Below the pieces are notes generated by a model. The model searched no databases. It had not been told where the DNA came from and saw nothing but the letters and a program-made list of their open reading frames with translations. DNA of 64,000 bases from Stegostoma tigrinum (taxonomy: Eukaryota): NCBI RefSeq assembly GCF_030684315.1, contig NC_081355.1, forward strand, positions 21,787,316 to 21,851,315. Direction: 5' to 3'. Numbering within the stretch: position 1 is the stretch's first letter; each line of letters opens with the position of its first letter. This document shows positions 24,971 to 35,960 of the stretch, piece by piece. The position numbers and the translations under genes were made by a program.

Positions 24971-25049
24971 TTTCAGAGTTGACTGGTACTTCTCAAGGTT
25001 CTTGAATTGGTGTATATATCTAATCTAAGTTTCTGCCATATCCAAGAGT

Positions 25050-26160
25050 TGGAATGATGACTGCCTGATACACAAGGATCTTAGTATCATTAGGGACATC
25101 ATAGTCGAAGGCACCCAAGGATGCGAGCCTAAAGTCGGCCCTCACAGATTGGATGTGATGTCAAGTCTCCACATTGATGTCAGTGTTAGATGATATTTAG
25201 GTGGATTTCTTAATGGAGAGATGGATGAAAACTTGACCTGCGACAGGATGGTAAGGGACTTGAATCTTGTTGATGCCTACTGTATTTTCCACGAATTATG
25301 TCAGTGTCATTTTCTTCTTGGATTTCAGCTGGTTGAAGTTGGAAAGTTTTCTGTCCATCCTGTAGACAATGTCTAGATGGCTGGGAAGCTTGTTCTAGAC
25401 ATGATGAGAAATGCTGGTGATGAAGATGGAGAAAAGGGTGGGAGTGATGATACGTCCATGTCTTGACCTCAAATATTCTGTCATTACCACTGATGAGGAC
25501 ATTGCTAACATTTTGTCTTGGAGGATTTTGAGAATTTCACTGGATTTTGACAGGATCTTTCATGGCACTTCCTGACTGAGTCAAAACCCTTGATCAGGTT
25601 GATGAAGGCCACGTAGATGGATTAGTTTTGTTCCTGGCAAGACGCTTGAGAAGTATCGTGAACATTGTTTGAGACAGATTCTCCACATCATCTGGGAGGA
25701 CAGACATATTAACATTCAGCATCCTTGAAGCAAACTAACAGCACCAGCATAAAGACCATGATAATCTGAAACCAACTCTGTTGTGCTGGCCATGTGCTTA
25801 GGATGCACAAACCGAAGTAAATCTTCACCCAGCTCAAGGAAGACAGTTGAATGAGAGGACGGCAAACAACGTGTTTTGAGGACTTCTGAAGGATTTTCTC
25901 AAGAAATGCAACAAAGATGTCAACGTGTGAGAGACCCTTGTTCAGAAGAAAACAAATTGAAGGAAAGTCTTGTGTGAAGTGAACACCTGATGGCAAGAGG
26001 AAGTATGGAAAAGGAGCCAGAGAAAAGAATGCCAAAGATCTCCAGGCAGAGGATCAGTCCCACTTCCTGTAAAATCCTGCCGAATATAAGGTAGAAATGC
26101 AGCCATGCAAGGACCCACCGAACACATGAACGGTGACACAGAATTTCCTAGGTGGGCAAT
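25050..26160. mobile_element. RTE-clade LINE remnant, 5' part inverted (minus ~25050-25705, plus ~25710-26160)
   Basis: Minus part carries RT remnants (LYVAFINLIK, ITPTLFSIFI). The plus part resembles the RTE C-terminus seen at 63150-63465. Confidence 0.5.
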
Positions 26161-26169
26161 CATATTTGT

Positions 26170-26945
26170 TAGCGAGTGATTTCCAACAACAAAGTTGACA
26201 AATGCAAAGGAGTTTGAAGTAATGCACTTCGGTAGGAAGGACAAAGAAAGACATTTATTAAAATAAATACAGTTCAAATGGAGTGCAAAACCAGAGAGGC
26301 TGGGGCCTTTATGTGCATAAATAATGGGTTACGGGGATCATTGAAAAAAAAACAATTATTTGAGAATGCAGATCATAAGTTTTTATAAATAAAGACATAT
26401 AACACAAAAGCCATGAGGTTATGATATTTTAAAACACACTTTCAGGCTCAGTTAAGTATTATGTTTGATTTGGGACACCTCACTTTTTAGAGAGCAGGGG
26501 TAGAAAACATTTACAAAAAAATTCCAGGGATGAGGCGTTTCAATTCTGTGGATAAGTTGAAAAGGCTGAGGTTGGTTTCTGTCGGGTGTTTAAAAAAAAG
26601 CGCTGGAGCCGTTCAGAAGTTTGAGGGGCCTAGACAAAGTAGATGTAGGAAATTGTTCCCATTGACGGAAGTTTTGAGAGCTAGAGCATGCCATTCAACA
26701 TGATTAACAAAAGGAGCAAAGGGAACATGTGGAGATCTTTTTTGTACAATTAATGATTAAGACCTGGAATGTCTTCACTTGAGTTCTTGAGGCAGATACA
26801 ATTATGCCTTTCAGAAGGGCATTAGGTTAGCATTTGAAAAGCGAATTTGCTCGGCTATGGGTAAAGGGACAAGGTGATTCTGGGGTACAGCGGTTACTTT
26901 TGCATGGACAACCTGCTAAATGATCTCATGTTGTAACCATTATAG
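26170..26945 (+). mobile_element. CR1 LINE 3' fragment, degenerate
   Basis: TTTGAAGTAATGCACTTCGGTAGGAAG (EVMHFGR) through to the tail. Confidence 0.65.
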
Positions 26946-27549
26946 GATTCTAGACCTGGACCAGTAACTGGCATTCTCTGAGATATGTGGACTGATAACT
27001 GGAGCTCTTTGAAATATACACTGATCTGCAGGTACCTTAAATGACACTGTCTTGGAGTATCCTTATATATAATAAGGGCCTCTGTGGTTGAATGTTTTGG
27101 GAAAATGATGTAGGAAGGTTTTGAGGAAGAATCTCCTATAGACAGTGAGTGGTGATGGTAGGGGGAGGGGCTTGGATTAGTTCACAGGTCGGCGCAACAT
27201 TGAGGGCCAAAGGGCCTGTTCTACGCTGTATTGTTCTATGTTCTATAACTGTTCCCCTTGATAACTTTGGCTCCCTCTTGGATATACAGCCTAAAGAATA
27301 TCTTGGTCTGAGGTACATACCACATACAATGGAACACCCCAAGATAGCTGCAACAAAATGTGTAGCATGTGCACTGCAAGGCTATATGTTCACAACTTTA
27401 TTAAAAAAAAGTAAACCGTTTTGTATTATCTTTAAATGCAATGCTAACCTGGGGAGAAGCTTTCAATTGCTTTGTACTGTCTTGAAATTTAAATAACAAT
27501 CTGAAGTTTATTTTTCTTTTGCATTAAGACCATCTGGAATACTGCAAAC

Positions 27550-27888
27550 ATGGGAGATAACATGGAAATAAATCCTTTTTGTGATATCCAGCCATATCAA
27601 ACCGAAGGGATAAACAACTGGTCTTTAAGCAATAAGATAGTAACCGTAACACCCTCCAGATCAGAAATGCCTTCTCAAATCAGAGGGCAGAAGGGAAGGA
27701 TCCTTACCCCTGAAGAAGCAGAAAAGCTCATGAAAGATCAGACCTTAGTGTCAGATTTTAAGCAACAGAAGCTTGAAAGAGATGCACAGAAGAACTGGGA
27801 TTTATTTTACAAAAGAAACAGTACAAATTTCTTCAAAGACAGGCATTGGACAACCCGAGAATTTGAAGAATTGAAAGCATGTAGAGAA
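27550..27888 (+). CDS. METTL6: tRNA N3-methylcytidine (m3C32) methyltransferase METTL6, first coding exon (exon starts 27529)
   Basis: …GRILTPEEAEKLMKDQTLVSDFKQQKLERDAQKNWDLFYKRNSTNFFKDRHWTTREFEELKACRE, matching recalled METTL6; GTAAGT donor. The start codon could be 27550, 27562 or 27667. Confidence 0.95.
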
Positions 27889-28114
27889 GTAAGTGATATT
27901 GAATGAAGAAAACCCAGACTTGTGATTTTAATGAACTGCCATTGCTGTAGTAAGTCCAGTGAAAACTGCAATGAGCATACTGGTTTTTTTTCTTAAATGA
28001 AGGGGTGTAAATGTGGCCAGTCACTCCATAAATCTTGCCTTGATGATTTCCAGGGAAGTACTTCACTTGGTATAATTTCGATCTGAACAGTGTAACCATC
28101 TCATCCTCAGAAAT

Positions 28115-28333
28115 AAGAGATAACAAGGTGTAGAGCTGGATGAACACAGCAGGACAAGCAGCATCAGAGGAGCAGGAAAGCTGACATTTCGGGTCTAGAC
28201 CCAGATTATCTGAAGAAACATCTAGACCCAAAACATCAGCTTTCATGCTCCTCTGATATTCTTGGCCTGCTGTGTTCATCCAGCCCTACAACTTGTTACC
28301 TCAGATTCTCCAGCATCGGCAGTTCCTACTATC
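28115..28333 (+). mobile_element. Fold-back pair of PLE termini (inverted) with degenerate hammerheads
   Basis: 28118-28202 is the inverse of 28210-28300; tail on the right arm only; imperfect TSD ATCTCATC(C/T)TCAG(A/G)AAT at 28098-28114 and 28331-28347. Confidence 0.85.
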
Positions 28334-28795
28334 TCATCTTCAGGAATGACTTCTTTCACCCCCCTTCCAATACTTGTTGTAATCCCAAGTATATTCTAAG
28401 GTCCTGTCTTTGCCAATGCCTTTGTTCATATGCTACCAACAAAAACATTATCTACAGACTTGGGATCCGTTTCAACATATGTGCTAGTCCTCCAGCTTTA
28501 TCTCTAAACAATCAATAATGTCATTCCCGTCTTTTAGCAGAACATCCACCAAATATCAATAGGTACATCAGGCTAAATTTGCTCTACAGTAGTATGTTGA
28601 GAAAACTGAATCCATTTCGTGGGACTTCCAATACTGCACCCCGCACTACAATACTATCACATTCCCAGTTGTTTACTTAGTGGGTGCTAAAGTTCATTGT
28701 TCTGCTACTTTGTTAAACTTAAAACTCCATTCCTTATCCACTGTCATGATTGCCTACTTCCACCTGTAGAGCATTGTCTATCTCTACTGACAGTG

Positions 28796-28975
28796 TCAAA
28801 AATCACACAACACCAGGTTCTAGTCCAACAGGTTTATTTGACAACACAAGCTTTAGGAGCCTCGGTCCTTCTTCTCCAAAAGCTTGTGTTGTCAAATAAA
28901 CCTGTTGGACTATAACCTGGTTTGTGTGATTTTTGATCTTGTTCACTGCAGTCCAACACCGGCACCTCCACATCA
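28796..28975 (+). mobile_element. Fold-back PLE terminus (family 2) with 13-bp TSD
   Basis: CCAGGTTCTAGTCCAACAGGTTTATTTGACAACACAAGCTTT is inverted against AAAGCTTGTGTTGTCAAATAAACCTGTTGGACTATAACCTGG; TSD TCTACTGAC(A/G)GTG at 28783-28795 and 28976-28988. Confidence 0.85.
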
Positions 28976-29354
28976 TCTACTGACGGTGCACGTCTTCTCT
29001 ATGTTTTTGTGATTGAAAGATTTGACTCCTTAATGGTTCATTCAAGCTCATTCAACATGGTGTTGCCATATCCTGTCCGATTGCTCGTTACTTCATATTT
29101 GTTGACCTCCAATAGTGCCTTGTCTCCAAAATAACTTAAGCTCAAAATCTATTTAAAACCCATTCTCAGTCTTGCCCCATTCTTGCTTCCAACCTTGCAT
29201 TCCACTCTGCATCCTTTGATTTTCTAATTTTTTTTTCCCCCCAGTGCATCTCTATCAGTTGACAGACCCTTCTTCCTCAGGTGACAGACCCTTCACCTGT
29301 CTGAATATTCTCATGAAACCACTCCTTTCTATCAGTTTCTCCAATCTGCCCAGG

Positions 29355-29680
29355 AGATGGCAAGGACTGCGAATGCTGGAAGTCAGAGTTGATAAAATGA
29401 TGATAGCATCAGAGGAGTAGGAAAGTCAAAAAGTCAAGTCAGAACTGGGGAGGGGGCAGGAAAGTCAGAAATAAATGGGGCTGTGTGGGGCTGACGAATC
29501 TCTACAACCCCTACCTTCCCCCAGGCTCACTTTTTTTCCCCAGCCCCATTTGTTTCAAAGTTTCCTTACCCCTCCCCAGCCCTGATGAAGAGTCCCAATC
29601 TGAAGCATCAACTTGCCTGCTCCTCTGCCCTCTGACATGCTGTGCTCCTCCAGCTCCACATTTTATGTATTCTCCAACCT
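29355..29680. mobile_element. Old inverted PLE termini
   Basis: GGACTGCGAATGCTGGAAGTC tail on the left; CCTGATGAAGAGTC…TGCTGTGCTCCTCCAGCTCCACATTTT on the right. Confidence 0.6.
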
Positions 29681-29815
29681 GACCATCCTCGTCATCTCTA
29701 TTCTTGCTGAATATATCCACTTTTTAGACATGCAGTGCAGTTAATCATTTTACAATATTAAGTGTTCTGTAAAAGTTCATTTCTTTAAAAAATATTGCTT
29801 GTTTGCTTCTTACAG

Positions 29816-29950
29816 TTTGAGAATCAAAAACTAATTGTCTTGGAAGCTGGCTGTGGAGTTGGAAACTGCTTATTCCCTCTTTTAGAGGATGATCTAAATG
29901 TCTTCATTTATGCGTGTGATTTCTCTCCTCGAGCAATAGAATTTGTGAAG
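29816..29950 (+). CDS. METTL6: METTL6 coding exon 2 (SAM-binding motif I)
   Basis: 135 nt, FENQKLIVLEAGCGVGNCLFPLLEDDLNVFIYACDFSPRAIEFVK; TACAG/GTACAC boundaries. Confidence 0.96.
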
Positions 29951-30126
29951 GTACACATAGGATTGTTTGTAATTGGCTTTAATGTGTTTCTTGATTTGAA
30001 TTTACATCTTTGAAGTATTTAGGGTAGAGCAGATGGTACGCGTACAGTAGAAATACTTTAAGTAGTAAAGGTGGTTTGCACAGAAAATGTATGATACAAC
30101 TAGTTCTCAACAGCATTTATCTGAAT

Positions 30127-30239
30127 AGAAAGCGGGACATAACACCAGCGCTTCGTCGGAGGCTCACTGATGATGTTACCTAGAATGGTGACGAAACGTC
30201 TGAAAACTAACCTTCCAGCTCAGCGAGCAAACTCACATC
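30127..30239 (+). mobile_element. 113-bp PLE-type 3' end insertion (distinct family) with perfect 13-bp TSD
   Basis: CATTTATCTGAAT at 30114-30126 and 30240-30252; CpG-rich insert in an AT-rich intron; carries a hammerhead motif. Confidence 0.85.
30167..30200 (+). ncRNA. Minimal type I hammerhead ribozyme motif, sense to METTL6 intron
   Basis: CTGATGA-T-GTTACC(TAGAAT)GGTGAC-GAAAC-GTC: intact core, 6-bp helix II, ACGT palindromic helix III, GUC site, CA/TG 2-bp helix I. Confidence 0.82.
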
Positions 30240-30464
30240 CATTTATCTGAATGTAGAATCTTGAAAGAAAAATAAACTTGTGTCTGACCTTGCAAAACCT
30301 TAGGTAGCCCCAAAGTTCTTTGCAACCAATTAAATAGTTGAAATGTAGGGCAGAATCTTGTAGGGATCTTGAGCAATGTGGACTATGGCAGGATTTGTGG
30401 CAGAGTCAGACAAGAAGTCCAGCAAGGCCAATCTCTGCATCAGAATCATTTCCCTCTATCTTTT

Positions 30465-30580
30465 TGATATGCTTAGTCAACTTATTTAGGCATGTAATGA
30501 TGTATCTCTGGAGCGGCTGTGACTTGAACTCAGGCCTTTGGCCCTTAGATAGGGATACTGCTACTACACCTCAAGAGCCC
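30465..30580 (-). mobile_element. Short tRNA-derived SINE, degenerate
   Basis: Inverse of the element at 45117-45230 (GGTTCAAG B-box region followed by …GTTGA(C/T)TA(A/G)…). Confidence 0.5.
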
Positions 30581-31839
30581 TCCATTCTTTATGCTTTTGA
30601 CAAGAAGCATAGCAGATTCCTTGCTAGACACCAGCAAGTAGTTATTAAGAGAGATTACTGCATGTTAAACTCCTTGATGCTATCCAGTTCTCCGCGTTTA
30701 ATATTTGGTTTTCTATTTTTTCAAGCTTGCTAAACAAGCTAGATGTCAAGAAAACGAGACATTGAAACCGCAGCAAGTACTTAATGAGTTCAGTTTGCCA
30801 CTTGATCTGAAAGACATCTATTTTGGTCACCTGGCACCAGCATTTCCAGGCATGCATCATGGGCATTGGCCACACGTGCCCTGTGGCCCAGACATCGGCA
30901 TCTGATTTGTGTCAGCCTTTAACAGTCCTCGTGGCACATCTGTCAGTTATTTACAATATGCTTCTGCACTTCAGTGTTGCATTGGCAACTAGCATTGTAA
31001 TGCTACAGAAAGGACACTGCTCCTGGACTGGTCCCATCTCTGGGCTCTTAACATGCTATCACAGCATCCACTCACTCTGAGCATTGCTGAATGCTGATAG
31101 CATCCCTGCCTTGTCTTGCCGTTTTGCACTTTACACCGCCCTCAGCCAGAGATAGTAGTCTCGCCTTACTTTTGTCTTACTTTGCTGTTGAACCCAGACA
31201 CAAGTAAGTCTGTTGTGGTTGGCAGTAGGCCTCAGTCAAGTTAAGGGAGCTAGCCGTCGCTCAGGGGTCTGGCACAGTAAATAAAGGGCATCCTTTGATA
31301 CTTGGTCAGAGGCTTGGAAACAGTCATTTGGCAGTCAACCAGTACACTGTCCACTTAAGGGGTGAGGAGCTGAATGTCAGGCAGCATGTCACCCTTCTAG
31401 AGTCTTTCCTCCTTGAAAGTGAGGATATGTTAAGAGAGACAAAGGTGAGTGATTCAGCTGTTACTTTTTGTGTAGGTGGGGTTGTGCCCCAAGTGAGTGA
31501 TTAGGCAGCACAGACGACATGTCAGGTTACTGCTCTTGGGGTTTGGACTTGACAGTAGGTGAGGGAAGATGTGGCATGAAATAGTGAGATTGGTTTGGCT
31601 TGAGAATTGGTGGGAAGTGGGTATAATAAGAGGTCATAGGTGTAAGGTACCAGAGAGAAGTACTTGTGTTGCCAAGTTTAACAACTTCTTCAAATGCTCC
31701 TATTAATTCATGTCCTATTTAGAATATCAGTTGAATGTTTAAAAAAAAAATTGTTGGAACTAATCATATTTTCAAGTGCAATTGATAGGAACATTCTGTA
31801 CACATTCCTTATCCACTCTTATGTTTGTTTCTTTTAAAG

Positions 31840-32010
31840 CAAAATCACTTATATAATGCTGAACGATGTAAAGCCTTTCAGTGTGATCTAACTAAGGACA
31901 ATTTACTGGAGAATGTACCAGCAGACTCCGTCGATGTTGTAACACTGATCTTCGTGCTTTCTGCTATTCATCCTGACAAGATGCTGCTGGCATTAGAAAA
32001 TATATATAAA
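31840..32010 (+). CDS. METTL6: METTL6 coding exon 3
   Basis: 171 nt, QNHLYNAERCKAFQCDLTKDNLLENVPADSVDVVTLIFVLSAIHPDKMLLALENIYK; AAAG/GTTAGT boundaries. Confidence 0.96.
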
Positions 32011-32493
32011 GTTAGTAGTCAATGGTAGACATGTTGTCATCTTATTCATGGTGATTTAATTAGGGAACATTCAGAGAGATTAGATAAATATTTTCTGTCA
32101 AAGTGGTGAGGTTGAACTTGAATTAAATTAATATATGCTATGTTAGCTTTGCTATCTGCTCTCAGAAACATGTACATTTTATAACTTAAAAATAGTCAAC
32201 ATGATATCTAAAAGAATTTTTTTTAATTGGAAGGAGACTCCATTGGAGAGCGATGGGCATGTCAGAAATTTATCTTGTAAATGGAGAAAAATAAAAATTA
32301 GTAGAGTTGTTTGAATACTTTGCTATAAATAGGCTTGTTTATAAAGCTGTATGCATCCATATCTTATGACTTCATGTTGGCTTTTGCTAATTCACCTGAG
32401 AATGTGACTAATACAGATGAATTATTCCTGTAGGCCCACTTTGTACATTGTTGTGAAAGAATTGTGACTCTGCTTCTTGTGTGCCTGTGACAG

Positions 32494-32635
32494 ATACTGA
32501 AACCTGGTGGAAGTGTCTTATTCAGAGATTATGGACAGTATGATCACACAATGCTTCGATTTAAAAATGGCCACAAACTTGGGCCAAATTTTTACGTTCG
32601 TCAAGATGGAACAAGATCTTTCTTCTTTTCGGATG
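32494..32635 (+). CDS. METTL6: METTL6 coding exon 4 (not in ORF track)
   Basis: 142 nt, ILKPGGSVLFRDYGQYDHTMLRFKNGHKLGPNFYVRQDGTRSFFFSD; GACAG/GTGAGA boundaries. Confidence 0.96.
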
Positions 32636-33111
32636 GTGAGATTTGTTACTTAAAACTTATTTGCTGCTTCTAGTTGACTAGTTGGTTATGGTGGTTATAA
32701 GTGCAGTACTTGCTTATGTGAAGCTATACTTGAAGATTTCTTGAACATTTTTCTTCATGAAGTTGATGTCTCAGAGTGGACTACTATCACTTGAGTATCA
32801 GCAGGCTCTGGTGCAGATCTATTTATCATTTGGGAATGTGCACAAGCTGTAGGATGGTTTAATTAAAAACCAGCTTAAGTAGTAAAAGACACCACATGTT
32901 ACTATTGTTCTTGTGTTATCCGGAATAGTTTAAATTTTTATTGTATGCAATCATTCTTCAGCATAGAAAGCAAGGTACAAGCAGAGCCAATATGGCATAA
33001 TTGAATGTATGTAAATAGTCATCTCCAATATATAAAAAAAGCTAATAGTTATATGCTGATTTTTCACTGATTTTGTTTTGCTACCTGTTCTTGATTGCTT
33101 CTTTTACCACT

Positions 33112-33916
33112 TAATTGTGGATAGAATTTCCTGAGTCAATACCAATTACCTGTTGGCCTACAGCACATGTGTTGGTCACAAGGAGGCCCCAGCGAGATTT
33201 TTTTTCCCCATTTCAGCTGGTTCTGGATTTCAGCTGGTTTTGAACTAGAGAAAAACCTGAGTATTGGTTTGTGGTATTCATTTTCAACTAAGTTGGCCAA
33301 TCAAATTAACATTCATATTAAATCTGTAATGATTTAATGTGCTCCATAAGATGTGTGTACTCAGAACTAGGTTCATTTTAATTTGCCAAAATCTCATGAC
33401 ATTGCAAATTGTCCATCTTCCTTCTGACATAAGATTGCAGCTTTGTCAGCTATTGCAAATCTGTAAACAACTTAATATTTCCTGCAGCAAAACTGGAAGT
33501 TGCTGGAAAAGCTCAGTAGGTCTGGCAGCATGTACGATGAGAAATCGGAGTTAAAGTTTTGAGTCTGGTGACCCTTCCTCACTGTTCTGAAGGACCTGAT
33601 GAGCTTTTCCAGCAACATCTGTTTTTGTTTCTGATTTACAGCATCCACCGTTCTGTTGGTTTTTAATTAATATTACCTGTTGGCTATTGTCATTATTGTG
33701 CTGCTGCCTAAGACTAATTTCTAATGTTTTTAGTGCTATTTTTCAGTTTCCAACTCATGTCAAAAATTGTAATAGCAGTATTGTATGTAGTTTTCCATGG
33801 TACACACATTTACTTACTGAATGACATATTGTGTTCAATAGCTGTTACATTGGAGCAGTATAAAACATTAACTTTGCACTGCCATACAGGAAAATAAAAT
33901 TGTATCAGTGATAATG
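33112..33916 (+). repeat. 805-bp segment duplicated at 42137-42941 (copy 1, in last METTL6 intron)
   Basis: Constant offset of 9025 bp; identical ORFs 33339-33554 and 42364-42579; only one mismatch noticed (GGCCCC vs GGCCCT). Confidence 0.95.
33485..33666. mobile_element. Fold-back PLE-type termini (family 3) with 13-bp TSD; also present in the duplicate
   Basis: GTTGCTGGAAAAGCTCA inverted against TGAGCTTTTCCAGCAAC; TSD TTAATATT(T/A)CCTG at 33472-33484 and 33667-33679. Confidence 0.8.
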
Positions 33917-34869
33917 ATTGATTGCTTCTTTTACCACATAATGCCTGATACGGTGGTGCCTTTCTTAATTCTAAGTGAAATTCAGTATGTGCTTATCTGC
34001 ACTGATAATTTGCTATACCTCGACAACTTTTCTGTTGTTGCAACTTTGTCAACCTTGAACATTGTAGCTGACAGTACTGGTTTCATCTTGTTTCCTGGCT
34101 AACCTTTAACCTGCAATCTCTCTCTCTCCCGATTTTCCAATCTTATGTATCAACATGCTTCATCCTTTTTTGTAATGAAGTATATTGTATTCTTCTTTAC
34201 ATTTTAATTTACTTCCTCAGTGTCTTTGCTATCTAAATCTTTTGTCTTCTATATTCCTTCATTAATCTTCTCATACAGTATAACACAGTGATTAGAATCA
34301 CGGGTGCTGTCACTTGTGCAATCATAGGTGCCATCCAAAGTAACCTAAACCATGGGTATAATTCGATATAAGTCACCACATCCACCTTCAAGATTTCTTG
34401 GTTTGTCTGTTGTGTTTGCTTATTGTCTTGTAAAATGTGCGTCGTAACATTTTTGTGAATTTCTTGTTCAGTGTTCATGGATTTCAGCTCCATTTCAAGG
34501 AATGGTGCTATTTAGTGTCCAATGAGAAAAATCAAGCAATTTTGCACATTTTCAGGGAAGTCTCAATTATGGCTGGGTCACATTATAATCATGCTGCAGT
34601 ACCGCTGTCTTCTCACTGTTTTGGGTCATTTCACTTGGAAACATGTGCAATTGATGTTCCTACCATTTTGGTTCTTAATTATTAATAACTTTCTTCACAT
34701 AATCCCGTTAATACATTCAAGTTCATTTTTAACACAACTGGCACTATTTGACAACAGATATTGCTTGATTTAACTACTTCTAGCCTTGATATTTTGAATT
34801 TTATCCATGAATGCACTTTTGCTTCTTTGACCACTCAATTTCCTCTTATTATGTTTTGAAGTATTTTCT

Positions 34870-35960
34870 TCACATGTTACAATGTATTTTAATATTGTTA
34901 ACAGATCTTTGTCCTCTTCAAACCTTCAAGCATCACTCTTCCAACACTTCCCCGCCATCCTTGAAATCCACCATCCTTTCCCTTTTCCTTTTCAGAGTGC
35001 TTGAATTTGTGGTGATCTTAAAAATTCATGCCTGTCTTTCATTGTATGTCTGATTCCCTCAAATCAGGTTTCCACCCCTGCCAAAAGCATTCTTTATCAA
35101 AAGTTACAAATGAACTCAGTATACGACAGTGACAAAGTTAAACTTTCTTTTCTCATCCTCTTCAATCTGTCTGCAAACTTTGTATGCTTGACCACACCAT
35201 TCTTCTCTGTCATCACTTCGTACTCCTCCAGCTGGGTGGAGTTGTTTGTATGGTTGCACTGTATCCTCCTAATCATAACAGAAAATCACTTGCAATGGCT
35301 TTTCTTTTCCATGTCCCACACAATTGCCTCTGGTCTCCAAGGATTAATCCTTGGCTTTCTTCTATTTCAAACCTACATGCTGTGCCATCATGAACATCAT
35401 CTAAAGCATGAAGAGAATTTTCACATGTATTAACAGTATCCAGCTCTAGCTCACCACCACCTTCCTCAATAGCTTCATTGTCTCTAAATTATCAAACTGC
35501 TGGTCTGACATCCACCATTGGATGAGCAGAATTTCCTGTCAATAAAATTTTGGAAGAAATGTTAGCATTATGTTTTAGGCCACACTAAAAAAAACTCCAT
35601 CCTTTAGTGACTCCATCCCTTTCTTTGCGTACCATTTTGAAGCTTTGCTCGTTAAGACCACCTTGTTGAAACATCACCTGACTACACCGCTGCTTTAGGT
35701 CGTCTGCTGCTGAAATCCTCAAATGCACGTTTATTACCTCTAGATTTGACTGTTCCAATACACACTAGCCAGGCTTCCAGATTATAACCTCTGTAAGCTT
35801 CATGTTATTTCAAAACTCTGCTTGCCCATGCCAAGATCGTATTCACCCATCTTTTCTATACTTGTTGACCTACATTAACTTCTGGTTTAAATAGTATCTT
35901 GCTCATAAAGTCCTCACCTTTGTATTCAGGTTCCCCTGTGGCCTCCCTATGTCTTTGAAA
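34870..35960 (+). mobile_element. L2-type LINE remnant
   Basis: Degenerate RT motifs (LILFNLSANFV..DHTILL; SGLQGLILG..LF; H.Y.DSIQL; FITSRFDCSN). Confidence 0.6.

Noticed and set aside
33339-33554. Duplicated 71-aa 'gene' (also 42364-42579)
   Set aside because: Chance ORF in duplicated intronic DNA, running into a PLE fragment; GTG start, no homology.
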